A DNA stretch of 64,000 nucleotides from an uncultured Candidatus Peribacteria bacterium (GCA_964514565.1 CAZERA010000003.1:25221-89220), one strand, 5' to 3'. Shown: positions 37,358 to 47,334, counted from the stretch's first letter. Notes: a model not told the origin generated them from the sequence alone. Program-made: numbers and translations.

Positions 37358-38428
37358 ATGGCCAAAATCTCTTATTCTGCTCTCGAGACATTTCGCACTT
37401 GCCCTTTGAAATATAAGTTTGCTTATGTGGATAAGATTCCAGTGCAGCAAAATGGAGCGATGCAGTTTGGATCAGTGATTCATAAAGTGATGGAGGAGCT
37501 TTATGCTCATCAGATGCTCCCTATCAGCAAAGAAGAGCTGCAGCATATCTTTAGTAGCCGTTGGAAGCCGCAGCTTTATGGAGATAATACTTATCAGGCT
37601 GAGTATGATTTTCAGTCAGGTCTAGAGATTATTGGGCGTGAATGGGACAAGAAACAGTCGGTACCTGAGCCTACTACTATTGGTCGAGAGAAATACTTTT
37701 TGTTGCCTATTGCGGAAGGATTTGAATTGTCTGGCCGAATCGATCGGATCGACAAGATAGGGGAGGATAGTTTGGAGATTATTGATTACAAGACCGGTCG
37801 TACTGTGCTTACTGATGAGGAGGTGCGGAATAATTTGCAGCTTTCAATTTACTATTTAGCCCTGCTGAAGCTGTGGCCAAGTACTAAGCAGGTTACTTTA
37901 TCGCTTTATTATTTGCGACCTGATATGAAGGTTGGTTTTGTGGCCGATCCGACTTTACTCGAACAAGCTAAAGTCACTTTGCAGGACTTAGTAGAACAAA
38001 TTCGAAATACCAATTACGCTCCCACCCCAGGCAGGCACTGTGACTATTGTGACTTCAAAGATCGCTGCCCAATGATGAAACATAGTACTGATGTCGTATC
38101 CAAGCCAGAAGATGAAGTAGTGATAGAAGGTACTTTCTTGGCTGATCGATATCTGACTTTACTTGCTCAAAAAAAAGCAATTACAGAACAAACTGATGCT
38201 ACCAAAGAAGCAATTGGTAAATATTTAGATAACACCGGCTATCAACAGTTAGCAGGAAATCAAGGCTCGGTGCGTCGGATTGTCACTAAGACTAAGCGTT
38301 TGCAAGGGAAGAAAGTACAAGAATACTTGGCTAGTCAAAATGTTTTGGAACAATTTGTGGAAATAGCTGAGTCGACTAGACTATTGGCCCATGAAAAAGA
38401 GGTGCAAGATATTGAAACCATTGTATGA
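37358..38428 (+). CDS. PD-(D/E)XK nuclease family protein (Cas4/AddB-like, Fe-S cysteines)
   Basis: ISYSALETFRTCPLKYKF..., GRIDRIDK...LEIIDYKTG (D...D/E-x-K) and C-terminal CDYCDFKDRCP. Confidence 0.75.
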   Translation: MAKISYSALETFRTCPLKYKFAYVDKIPVQQNGAMQFGSVIHKVMEELYAHQMLPISKEELQHIFSSRWKPQLYGDNTYQAEYDFQSGLEIIGREWDKKQSVPEPTTIGREKYFLLPIAEGFELSGRIDRIDKIGEDSLEIIDYKTGRTVLTDEEVRNNLQLSIYYLALLKLWPSTKQVTLSLYYLRPDMKVGFVADPTLLEQAKVTLQDLVEQIRNTNYAPTPGRHCDYCDFKDRCPMMKHSTDVVSKPEDEVVIEGTFLADRYLTLLAQKKAITEQTDATKEAIGKYLDNTGYQQLAGNQGSVRRIVTKTKRLQGKKVQEYLASQNVLEQFVEIAESTRLLAHEKEVQDIETIV

Positions 38429-39348
38429 ATTTATTGATTTATGGTGATGATACCGCTCTAGTAGCTACTCGTGTCCGGGAATTGAAACAGCATTTTCTTA
38501 AAGGGAATCCTGATAGTGAAGTGAAGATTATTGATGTCACTGATCTACCCGAACCGGAACAAATTCTGGATATGCTTACTACCCTGCCGCTCTGGGGAGG
38601 TAAGCGCTGCTTTATTTTGTATGGTTTTTTAACATTTAGCTGGAAAGGTGAATATGCACAGGTGTGGGATTGGATTGATAGTATTGGGACCGAAAATATC
38701 CTGTTTTTTGTGGAATACCAAAATGATGCTCCCACCAAGGTGAAACGCGTAGCACAATGGATCGCTGAGGAGCAACTGACCAAGAAGCAGATGTTCGCTT
38801 GTCCCAAAGGTAGCAGCATCAAGACGCATATTAAATTAACTGCCGCTCAACAAAATTATCTCAACCAAGTCTATAGCCAGGATCCCTTGATGGCCTATCA
38901 GGAGCTGCACAAGGCTAGTCTGCTTACTGATGCCAATCGAGCAGATTTGATTGATGAAGTATTCAACCAGCCTGAGTTTTCTACCTCTATATTTCGTCTG
39001 ACTGATACAGTCTTTGCTCGCAATGCGCGAGGTGCAGCTGAGGCTATGCAGGACCTACTGGCTCAAGGTGAAAATGAGCATATGCTACTCAGCATGTTGA
39101 TCAATCATCTCAAGAAAATTTTGTTTATCCTCGATGCTGAGAGTAAGGGTGTGGCTAGCCAAGATGTGCTCAAAAAACTAAAGGTGCATCCGTTCGTGGC
39201 CAAAAATATGATGAAGCAGAAAAGTTTATTTAGTCTTGCGCATGCTCAAGCTTGGCTCCAAACATTACTAGAAATCGATTTGCAATCTAAGCAGGGCAAA
39301 GTGGATGCCAAAGTAGCTCTGACTCAGTTTTGTGTTAGTATAGTGTAG
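38425..39348 (+). CDS. holA: DNA polymerase III delta subunit
   Basis: N-terminal LLIYGDDTALV......TLPLWGGKRCFIL and IFRLTDTVFARNARGAAEAMQDLLAQGENEHMLLSMLINHLKKIL fit the HolA pattern. ATGA overlap with the upstream gene. Confidence 0.6.
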   Translation: MNLLIYGDDTALVATRVRELKQHFLKGNPDSEVKIIDVTDLPEPEQILDMLTTLPLWGGKRCFILYGFLTFSWKGEYAQVWDWIDSIGTENILFFVEYQNDAPTKVKRVAQWIAEEQLTKKQMFACPKGSSIKTHIKLTAAQQNYLNQVYSQDPLMAYQELHKASLLTDANRADLIDEVFNQPEFSTSIFRLTDTVFARNARGAAEAMQDLLAQGENEHMLLSMLINHLKKILFILDAESKGVASQDVLKKLKVHPFVAKNMMKQKSLFSLAHAQAWLQTLLEIDLQSKQGKVDAKVALTQFCVSIV

Positions 39349-39365
39349 TAGGTTTATTGCTTTTT

Positions 39366-39752
39366 ATGCTGCGAAAAAAGTGGCAAGAACATTTATCGAT
39401 GCGTGTCTTATTAGGCGGCTGTATAGCACTAGCTATTTATCAGATGTACACCTATGCGGTAAAAAGCTATCAAGATTTTCAAATCAATCAGCAGATTCAT
39501 CAAAGTGAAGAGGAAATTGCTAATTTGGAACGAGACAATCGTGCGATGCAGGAATACTTGAAATTTTTGGATACTGAGACATACAAAGAAAAAGAAGCAA
39601 AACGCATTAAGAATGTACAGAATCCTGGTGAAGAGGTATTCGTAATCAAGCAAGCTGGTCTAGAAAAGGTGCAGTCTGTAGATGATCAAGCAGCCCAAAG
39701 CTGGCAGGATCTTACTCCAGCTCAGAAGTGGTGGCGGTTTTTCTTACGATAA
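39366..39752 (+). CDS. Septum formation initiator (FtsB/DivIC-like) protein
   Basis: Single N-terminal TM helix, then a coiled coil (QQIHQSEEEIANLERDNRAMQEYLKFL) and the conserved E..AR......PGE.V tail (EKEAKRIKNVQNPGEEVFVI). Confidence 0.55.
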   Translation: MLRKKWQEHLSMRVLLGGCIALAIYQMYTYAVKSYQDFQINQQIHQSEEEIANLERDNRAMQEYLKFLDTETYKEKEAKRIKNVQNPGEEVFVIKQAGLEKVQSVDDQAAQSWQDLTPAQKWWRFFLR

Positions 39753-39768
39753 TTTTTACTTATTTTTT

Positions 39769-40938
39769 ATGGACGGTGCAAAAGTAGTTTTGAAATCGGG
39801 ACGAGAACAGTCTGTACTCAAGTCACATCCTTGGATTTTCTCTGGAGCGATTGGTTTGGCTACGGCAGACAATGGTGATATTGTCGATATTTATGATGCC
39901 AAAAACACCTGGCTAGCAAGAGGTTATTTTCACAATAAAAATACCATCTCTTGTCGTATCTTGACCCATCGTCAGGACGAAGTGATTGGGGATTCATGGA
40001 TGTCATACCGTTTGGCCGCTGCATACGAACGAAGAAAGCAATTCCTAACTGATACCAATGCTTACCGTTTGGTGTTTGGTGAAGCTGATGAGTTGCCAGG
40101 TCTGATTGTGGATATTTATGACAATGTAGCTGTGATTCAGATCTCTACTTTTGGTATGGAGAAATTCCGTGCTGTGTTAGTAGACGTATTGCCTACCATT
40201 ATTCCTTTGGTAGCGATTTATGAGCGTAGTGATATTGATGGACGTACGATTGAAGGTCTCAAAGAGACTACTGGTTTGCTCTGGGGCACATTGCCTCCAG
40301 TGATTAGTATTTATGAAGGTGCTGCCAAGTTTACTGTCGATGTCGAGCATGGTCAGAAGACTGGTTTCTTTTTGGATCAACGTGCCAACCGAGCTAGTAG
40401 CACCATGTATATGAAAGGCAAAAAAGTACTCAATACCTTTTCATACACAGGAGCATTTAGTGTCCATGCTGCTTTAGCTGGCGCAAGTGAGGTGACCTCA
40501 GTGGATAGTTCAGCTGCAGCAATCGAACAATGCAAAGCTCATATGGAGCTTAATAATGTCACAGCTGTCCATCATGAAGTGTGTGAAGATGTGTTTCATT
40601 ATCTCAAAGTGATTGATCAGAAGTTTGATGTGATCATCCTAGATCCACCAGGTATGGTGAAATCCAAGAAAGATCTCCAGGCTGGTACCAATGCCTACCG
40701 TGTCTTGCATCAAATGGCACTCAAGAAACTTTTACCAGGTGGTATTTTGATTACTGCTTCTTGTTCAGGCTGGGTAGATCGTGCTCTTTTTCATAAGTTA
40801 GTATTCTGGGCATGTGAAAAGGAAGGCCGGAATCTGCGTATGATCGAAGAGCGTGGTCATACATGGGATCATCCACTTTCTACTTTTTTCCCTGAAGGGG
40901 AGTATTTGAAATATGCTGTTTATCAGCAACCACGTTAG
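39769..40938 (+). CDS. rlmI: Class I SAM-dependent rRNA methyltransferase, RlmI-like (PUA plus methyltransferase)
   Basis: VVLKSGREQSVLKSHPWIFSGAI (PUA start), ..YRLVFGEADELPGLIVDIY.., QKTGFFLDQR and VIILDPPG. I prefer the ATG at 39769 over the long track ORF, which overlaps the ftsB-like gene. Confidence 0.8.
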   Translation: MDGAKVVLKSGREQSVLKSHPWIFSGAIGLATADNGDIVDIYDAKNTWLARGYFHNKNTISCRILTHRQDEVIGDSWMSYRLAAAYERRKQFLTDTNAYRLVFGEADELPGLIVDIYDNVAVIQISTFGMEKFRAVLVDVLPTIIPLVAIYERSDIDGRTIEGLKETTGLLWGTLPPVISIYEGAAKFTVDVEHGQKTGFFLDQRANRASSTMYMKGKKVLNTFSYTGAFSVHAALAGASEVTSVDSSAAAIEQCKAHMELNNVTAVHHEVCEDVFHYLKVIDQKFDVIILDPPGMVKSKKDLQAGTNAYRVLHQMALKKLLPGGILITASCSGWVDRALFHKLVFWACEKEGRNLRMIEERGHTWDHPLSTFFPEGEYLKYAVYQQPR

Positions 40939-40957
40939 TCCACTGACTTGATAGTTA

Positions 40958-43900
40958 TCAATGCTGGTCAGCACTAGAAATGCTACCAGCATTTTTTGCT
41001 GTATGCTCTTTCAGTTTGTTGATCATCTCTACTATTCCCACATATTCACCGCGGTTGAAGGTGTTGCTGACTGTTACTTGTGGAATGACTACATCAACAA
41101 GTGGTGGATTGAGTTGATAAGATAGCGAGCTAGAGTCGACCTGGTCTCTTTCTAGCGTGCGACTTTTTTGTAAGTGGTCGTACAATTTCATACCAGCTGC
41201 AACGTTGATGGACTTGTCTGGATTAGTAATTTGTTCTAAAAGCGCATCATCTAATGCTTCATATTCTTTTGGAGTTGGTTGATGTGCTCTTAACAAAAGC
41301 TCAGCTGTGTCGATTTTTTGAGCTTGTTTGTCGAAATTTTGGGCATCGAGGGTTTGGATCAGTTCTAGTAGGCGATTTAGAATAGTCTCTTTGGTATGCT
41401 CGGCTTCCAAGCGAATACGAGTTTTATTCTCGATTTCTTGCAGTTTTTCTTCTTCATCAGCTTTATCTACAAGTATATTGGACAGTTCTTGGGTGAGTGA
41501 CTGAATCAAGCTCTGTCTTTCATCCGCATCACCAATCTCGTCAGCCTGGCTGATTCTTTTTTGTAGTTGTTCAATTTCCTTTTCGAAAGGAGCCAATTGT
41601 GCTTTTCGCCACTCTTGAAACCAGCCGGGATTGCGAATCTTTAAAGCCACAGTCGCAGGTAAAGATAATCGTGACCCACTAATTGCGCTAATTGTAGTTC
41701 TTTCTTCAGCGGTACCTTTAAGCTGTGCTGCAGTGTAGTTTGCAGTGATTGGTGTACCTGCTGGCAGATAGCTCTCTACAGGAATACTTTTTAGTCCTTC
41801 TTTCGTAGTAGTAACAGCTTCTACTTGATCATCTACTAGCAAAACATGATTTACTGTAGTGGTGTTTTCAATGCCGCTCAATGCTTGTAATCCACTTGCC
41901 ACATATGCTTCATAGTTGGTTTCAGCAGCAGCACTTTTGGCTTTTGGTTTGAGAGTCCACAGACCGGTTTGGATTGGTAGACTTTTCTGACTATCATCGA
42001 CAGTTTGGTGGTTTGTAAGTGTATATCCTAGTGCTTGCGTATGTGGCGCAGTTTTTAAGATAGACCAGCCTTTACTAGTCAGTTGTGCCTGATCGGCAAA
42101 TACGCCAGTAGCATATGCATCGACAATCTCTGCAACAGGTAGGCGTTGATAAGTCTGGGTATTGATATCAAAGTGAAATACTACTAATTGGGCTAAGTCA
42201 TCAGGTTCAGCTCGGTGGTCTACTATGGCTAGTAGTCTAGTCTCATTAGCTTTGAGTACAACCCGTAGAGCTTTTCTTTCTGCTGCTTTTTCTCGTCTGG
42301 TTCTGCTACTGAGCGAGTTGACGATATCATTGAGCGCTCGGGGTCTAGCTAGGCCAGGTTCTATCACTATTGCCTCATCCCTGCTAGGTGGTGGGGGAGG
42401 AGTAGAATCTGTTAGATCTCCCACCGGTGCCGCAGCTTGGTTGTTTTTTTGTCTCACTAAAAACTGATGAGCAACATAGAGTCCGAATGATGCTAACTGC
42501 TCTTTCTCATCATTGGTCAGAGCTGGTTCTAGCGCAGCAAAGCACTCTGCATGTAGCATTTCACCATCTTTAAATACCAGCTCAATACTGGTCATGCTTA
42601 TTCCACGACTATGCTTTGTTTTGTGAATGAGTTCGACTACAAAGGAAGCTGGATTGCTGCTATCACTTTGATCAGGTGTAAGCCTATAGCCTGTTATTTC
42701 GCTATCAGACTCATCAATTGTAAATGTTTTTGGTTCCAATAAGCCAATGCTTACTTGGGCAGCTAGGTCAGTTTTGAGTTGTTGCTTGTCTACTACACCA
42801 GAGGTTTGTGCTGCTTCTTTAATTAAATTGCGGTAGTGAGCACCCGTACTCTGTTTTCGCCAAAAATTCTCTATACCAAGTTCAATCTCCTCGACAGAAA
42901 TCATACGGAAGAACTCATAGTTGCTTTGTAACGCGGTGGCTATTACTCCACTGTCACAACTAATTTCCATGCCTATTTCTGGCCAAATGTCTTTTCTTCT
43001 AATTACCTTTTCTACTATAGCTTCTGCTCTAGCACCATGTAGAAAGTAGGAAAAAAAGAGTGTGCATCGCTCCACCAAGCGGTGATCATTAAAACTTTCA
43101 CTAGTTGGGAAAAACTCTTTACTCAACTGTTCGCAGAGGTCAGCTCGTTCAGCCGCTGGCATAATCTGTATGTATGCACGTAAATATACAGTAGCTATGC
43201 CTACATTGTATGGATCAGGGCTTTCACGGAAATGTTTGATTACTTGAGCTCTAATCTTTGCTGACCGTCTCATCATCTCACCTTTGCTATCAAGCTGTTC
43301 TACTTTGAAGCCTCCAATCCCCCCCGGTAGAAAACCAGTTTGATCTGTAGACAAATATTCCTCCATGAGCGCGACATTGGTCGTAATCAGTTGGGGATTT
43401 TGAGCAGTTTTGTCTTCTGAAAACCAATTGTAATATGTACAAAAGTATTCAAAGTCGCCATGCTCGCGAGCTTTTTTAGCAATAATCTCGGTATTGGCAG
43501 CTATTTTTCTTGTTAATTCTTTACCAAAGGTACTGGCTCTGGCTTGCTCAGTCGATATATAGAGGTTACTAACTGCGCCTAAAACAATGGACCACCGACG
43601 ACAATAAAACCTTCGGTCTTTGCTCAATCTGTCTAATTCATTCAAAAGTAAAAGCCAACCTTGGGTGACCTGATTTCCTCCTGGTCTCTTACTAATGGCC
43701 ACTAATTTCTCAGCTACAAGTCTTTGCTCGCTATTACTATCTACTTCAACTGTCGGTGAGTCTTTTTCTTTTCTGGCTGCGGCAAGTAGTAATTTATCCG
43801 CGATGTTAAAAGGGTTTTTAAGTGTTCCTATTGCTGGTGAAGCAGTGCTGAGGATGATTACTAGATCGTGATCAAATGCTGCTAACTTGTCAGGGTAATA

Positions 43901-45589
43901 GGTAGCCACAAATGCTCTAGCTTCTGGACTAAAGAGTAGATGTGCTTTGGTGTAAACATTGAAAGCTTGAACTGGTTTGTCCTGCGAAAGTGCTACTTTG
44001 ATCGCTGTATGCACATAACTTTCTGGTGATGTGTCATCTTCAATTGCACAGAGAATATTCTTTTCACGGATTCTTTTAGCTCTGTTTTTTTCCGTACTTT
44101 TCTCGTCAACTCCTTGAATAGTTTTGATTGCTAATGCTGTTTTATCTAAAGTGATGCTGGTAGGTTCTACTGGTTGAAAAAACTCCAATAAATTTCTGCG
44201 TGGGTCTGCGCCTGTTTCTCCTGAAGGAATCAATTTCACTGCATCTTCCACTGCTGCTTTGAGTACATCAGTATTGATGAGCGTAAAGTAGACAAAATTT
44301 TGTTGGAAGTTATCCACTACAGCTTGGACAGCACGTTTCTTTGTATCTATCCCTCGTTGTTGTACGGTTAGATCTTTATTGATTAAAGCTTTTACCGCTG
44401 CTTGAGCAGCTATATGTGGTGGTACGCATACTTTGAGTAGAAGCTGTGCTTTATTTACTAGTTGCAGATCATTGACCGTGGTTGGAGTGGTGAATACTGC
44501 TGTCAGGAAATGTTCTACATGTTTTTGTTGTGCTGATTCATCAGCTAGTTGGATGTAGTGTCGCCAAACTTGGGCGGCATAGGCGGCTATCACTGGATCT
44601 TTTCCAGCGAAAGAAGTGCCGAAGTAGCTGAGCTGTTCATTGGAGTCAGCTAGTGAATCCACAATGCATCGCGGTAATGTGGTATGCCAGAGGTGTACTT
44701 CCGCTGTATTTCGAGGATCTTCTTCAATCATTTGCGCAAACATGCCGGCACACCATTGCGCGAATTTTGGTACTTGGTCGATCGTTTCGCCTAAGCCGGC
44801 GATTGCTATACTGAGTGCACCTTTGGTTTTTACTGTCTTACTGATAGTAGCTTGGATTCCAGCGTCACTAGTGATTGTATCTATAGCCGCTGCAGCTAGA
44901 TCTGGTGTACATATTGGATGGCGTAGTAATAAATTGACACCAATCAAAACACTGGCGATTGCATCAGTTCGTTGATGTGGTTCATGCAGTATTACTTGGT
45001 TGAAAAGCAGTTTGATTTCTGCTTTTAAAGTAGCTTGCTTAATTGTCTCGCTATTGGCTAATTGGCATATGGATATTAGTACTTCTGCCATTTTTTCAGC
45101 TAGAGCAGTTTTTGCTACATGTGAGCTTAAATCTTGCGGCTTATCAAAGAGATCAGAGGGATTGATTGGTTCCTGTTTCTTTTGTATTAATGCTGCGTTT
45201 CTAGTTTTGGCTGCTCTATCTTCTAGGGTATAGATACCAATATTGAGTGGGTCTAAAAAACCGCTTGTTTCACCTGTGCTAATTTTCTGATTGTCACTAG
45301 CAAAAGCTTCAAGTATATCTGGTGGCAGATATGGATAATCTACTTTTATATCTCCACCCCAAAGTAACATCGGGTAGTAAGGGGTAAACAAAAGAGGGTG
45401 TTCCAGTGGTCTTGCCAAGACTGCCCGGAGACATTTCATACCAAACTCCTCAGGAGTACCATGATCTAGTAGTCGTAGATCATCACTGTTTCTTACATGC
45501 TTTAGCTCACTGTATTCCTTACCACTGAGTACTAGGCGTCTCTTTTCCTGAGGATCGGGGATTAGGCCATCGTCTAGAGTATCTCTCAT
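40958..45589 (-). CDS. Giant hypothetical protein (1543 aa), no domain recognised
   Basis: Uninterrupted 4.6-kb ORF. It has a long helical central part, a PPPPP linker and a C-terminal coiled-coil-like acidic segment (EKEIEQLQKRISQADE...EEEKLQEIENK). It appears monocistronic. Confidence 0.8.
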   Translation of the reverse strand: MRDTLDDGLIPDPQEKRRLVLSGKEYSELKHVRNSDDLRLLDHGTPEEFGMKCLRAVLARPLEHPLLFTPYYPMLLWGGDIKVDYPYLPPDILEAFASDNQKISTGETSGFLDPLNIGIYTLEDRAAKTRNAALIQKKQEPINPSDLFDKPQDLSSHVAKTALAEKMAEVLISICQLANSETIKQATLKAEIKLLFNQVILHEPHQRTDAIASVLIGVNLLLRHPICTPDLAAAAIDTITSDAGIQATISKTVKTKGALSIAIAGLGETIDQVPKFAQWCAGMFAQMIEEDPRNTAEVHLWHTTLPRCIVDSLADSNEQLSYFGTSFAGKDPVIAAYAAQVWRHYIQLADESAQQKHVEHFLTAVFTTPTTVNDLQLVNKAQLLLKVCVPPHIAAQAAVKALINKDLTVQQRGIDTKKRAVQAVVDNFQQNFVYFTLINTDVLKAAVEDAVKLIPSGETGADPRRNLLEFFQPVEPTSITLDKTALAIKTIQGVDEKSTEKNRAKRIREKNILCAIEDDTSPESYVHTAIKVALSQDKPVQAFNVYTKAHLLFSPEARAFVATYYPDKLAAFDHDLVIILSTASPAIGTLKNPFNIADKLLLAAARKEKDSPTVEVDSNSEQRLVAEKLVAISKRPGGNQVTQGWLLLLNELDRLSKDRRFYCRRWSIVLGAVSNLYISTEQARASTFGKELTRKIAANTEIIAKKAREHGDFEYFCTYYNWFSEDKTAQNPQLITTNVALMEEYLSTDQTGFLPGGIGGFKVEQLDSKGEMMRRSAKIRAQVIKHFRESPDPYNVGIATVYLRAYIQIMPAAERADLCEQLSKEFFPTSESFNDHRLVERCTLFFSYFLHGARAEAIVEKVIRRKDIWPEIGMEISCDSGVIATALQSNYEFFRMISVEEIELGIENFWRKQSTGAHYRNLIKEAAQTSGVVDKQQLKTDLAAQVSIGLLEPKTFTIDESDSEITGYRLTPDQSDSSNPASFVVELIHKTKHSRGISMTSIELVFKDGEMLHAECFAALEPALTNDEKEQLASFGLYVAHQFLVRQKNNQAAAPVGDLTDSTPPPPPSRDEAIVIEPGLARPRALNDIVNSLSSRTRREKAAERKALRVVLKANETRLLAIVDHRAEPDDLAQLVVFHFDINTQTYQRLPVAEIVDAYATGVFADQAQLTSKGWSILKTAPHTQALGYTLTNHQTVDDSQKSLPIQTGLWTLKPKAKSAAAETNYEAYVASGLQALSGIENTTTVNHVLLVDDQVEAVTTTKEGLKSIPVESYLPAGTPITANYTAAQLKGTAEERTTISAISGSRLSLPATVALKIRNPGWFQEWRKAQLAPFEKEIEQLQKRISQADEIGDADERQSLIQSLTQELSNILVDKADEEEKLQEIENKTRIRLEAEHTKETILNRLLELIQTLDAQNFDKQAQKIDTAELLLRAHQPTPKEYEALDDALLEQITNPDKSINVAAGMKLYDHLQKSRTLERDQVDSSSLSYQLNPPLVDVVIPQVTVSNTFNRGEYVGIVEMINKLKEHTAKNAGSISSADQH

Positions 45590-46075
45590 GAAAAAATAAT
45601 AGTTCTTTTTATCGTAACATATTTAGCTGATTTTTTCTATGTTGTGTCTTTTCTATATGCCAACGCAGGCGCATCAATGTTGGTAATGACTCATAGTGTA
45701 TTTTTGTCTAACACTAATCATTGGTATTTGTGAAGCAATTGAGTAAAGTACTCTCCTTACCAAATTTCTATGGCTATGGCATTGTCTGAGTTATCTGGTC
45801 CTACTGGTCCGTTTCAACATCGTCCATTAGAAAAGAGTCGATCTCCTAGAGAGTTATTAGCGGTTGAGACTTCAGTAACAAGAGCTCGAGTGCGTGCTCA
45901 CCTTGGGCGTGCTTTTGCTAGAGCCTTACCTAGAAGACAAACATATTCCACAGGGCAATAAAACTGTTCCCCAAACAATCAAGTACTTGCTTGCACATTT
46001 ATAAGAAGTAAGTACAATGCAGTCGATCGCTCACCGATCTGGTTTGCATCTTCAAACAGACATATTGTGGTAGAG

Positions 46076-46091
46076 TCCCGCGCATGCGGGA
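46076..46091. repeat. GC-rich palindromic hairpin, family member 5 (tcccgc-gcat-gcggga)
   Basis: Perfect 6-bp stem, 35 nt upstream of tRNA-fMet. It is almost identical to the copy at 58416. Confidence 0.6.
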
Positions 46092-46126
46092 GCAGCTCGC
46101 AATATAAGCACATTCATTCCAAATAG

Positions 46127-46202
46127 CGCGGGGTAGAGCAGTTGGCAGCTCGCAAGGCTCATAACCTTGAGGTCGCTGGTTCGAGTCCAGCCCCCGCAAC
46201 CA
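46127..46202 (+). tRNA. Initiator tRNA-fMet (anticodon CAU)
   Basis: Hand fold: the CGCGGGG/CCCCGCA acceptor has the C1xA72 mismatch and the ...CCCCCGCAACCA end typical of bacterial initiators. The anticodon arm is CAAGG-CTCATAA-CCTTG and the T arm is GCTGG-TTCGAGT-CCAGC. Confidence 0.85.
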
Positions 46203-46423
46203 AATTTTGTCGTGGAATTTTTACTGGTTTAGGTTTTAGGTTGCGGGAGAACCAGCAACCAATTTTGCTGTGGGGATCTTTTTACTATCAGCATCAATTT
46301 AATCCATACATTTCTTACATCTTCCCTCTTACTTCTTATCTCCCAGCCAGATAAGGGCATATTTAAATTGCATTTCTAACCACTATCTACTACTTTGTAG
46401 TACAAACTTAAATTTAAAACTAT

Positions 46424-47329
46424 ATGACTGATAATAAAAGACCAGGAGAGGGGGAGATTACGCCAAAATCAAATGTTGAAAATACTGGTGTTAGCGTCGT
46501 TCGAAGAAGAGTTGTGAAGCTATTGGGAGAAAATTTATTACCAAGTACTCCAGCTCCAGCTCCAGCTCCAGCTCCAGCTCCAGCTCCAGCTCCAGCTCCA
46601 GCTCATGGAGCATTAAGTGGTCACGTTTTGAGTTTTGATGAACCCTTAGATGATGGATCTACTATGTATGTTACAGCTATACCTCAACCGTTGTTAGAGC
46701 AAGCTGGAGTGGTTGTTGATTTAACGGATGAACTTGATGCAGATGATGGTGAGCTGACGTTTGTTGATGCAGAAGCTAAACCTGTGGTACCAACTGCTAA
46801 TCTTGACGCTAGTAGATTACTTGATACTCCTAAAGTGATGAGAATGGTTACTAATATGGATGTACAGTTGCGCGCGGCAACTGCAGAAGAACTTGCTAAC
46901 CCAAATCTTCAAACACTCCATCAAAATGTAATCAATGCAGTGCAACATATAAAAATATTATATGGAAAGTTATTTGGTATTGATGCTCAAGTTTCTCCCG
47001 ATACAGCGTTTCAGGTACCACGTCATATTAATTTGACCACTGCTGATGGACGTAAATTGTCAGTACAAGTAAGAATCAAGCCATTTGGTAACAGAATTGA
47101 TGTGATATTTATGCTAATGGAACGGGCACCAAAAATAACTAGAAAAGCAACATTTATGCCAATGCCTAACCCACCTGTAGCATTCAACTTTCCTAAATCC
47201 ACTCACAAACCGATAGTGATGGTCTCAGGTGATACTAATCAAGAATGGCTTATCGTTGCGTTAGATCAATTCTTGGTTCAAATGAAACAAGATCCTGAAG
47301 TGCTTTTTAGATCTAAGATTCGTGCTTAA
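46424..47329 (+). CDS. Hypothetical protein (301 aa) with a (Pro-Ala)9 linker
   Basis: ORF with an acidic middle region. No motif recognised. Confidence 0.65.
   Translation: MTDNKRPGEGEITPKSNVENTGVSVVRRRVVKLLGENLLPSTPAPAPAPAPAPAPAPAPAHGALSGHVLSFDEPLDDGSTMYVTAIPQPLLEQAGVVVDLTDELDADDGELTFVDAEAKPVVPTANLDASRLLDTPKVMRMVTNMDVQLRAATAEELANPNLQTLHQNVINAVQHIKILYGKLFGIDAQVSPDTAFQVPRHINLTTADGRKLSVQVRIKPFGNRIDVIFMLMERAPKITRKATFMPMPNPPVAFNFPKSTHKPIVMVSGDTNQEWLIVALDQFLVQMKQDPEVLFRSKIRA
46550..46603 (+). repeat. Perfect hexanucleotide microsatellite (CCAGCT)x9 inside a CDS
   Basis: Nine uninterrupted CCAGCT units counted by hand, encoding PAPAPAPAPAPAPAPAPA. Confidence 0.95.
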
Positions 47330-47334
47330 TATCT

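Noticed and set aside
39682-39768. Long 5' extensions of track ORFs (39682 for the rlmI-like gene, 22746 for the SLH protein, 779 for the NDT-like protein)
   Set aside because: The extensions overlap upstream genes or precede clear signal peptides or conserved N-termini. Internal ATGs at 39769, 22695 and 830 give proteins colinear with their families.
45770-45961. 63-aa ORF in the long spacer upstream of tRNA-fMet
   Set aside because: It is Arg/Ala-rich with a low-complexity composition atypical of the other genes. It has no recognisable motif or obvious translation signals. I treat the region as non-coding or possibly an RNA.
45999-46354. Track ORFs 45999..46199 (-) and 46142..46354 (+)
   Set aside because: Both overlap the well-folded initiator tRNA-fMet gene (46127..46202) and its flanks, so they are spurious.
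46550-46603. Possible CRISPR or other non-coding tandem array
   Set aside because: It is a 6-nt perfect microsatellite inside an ORF encoding (PA)9. It has no spacers and no repeat-spacer architecture. I saw no CRISPR-like array anywhere in the window.
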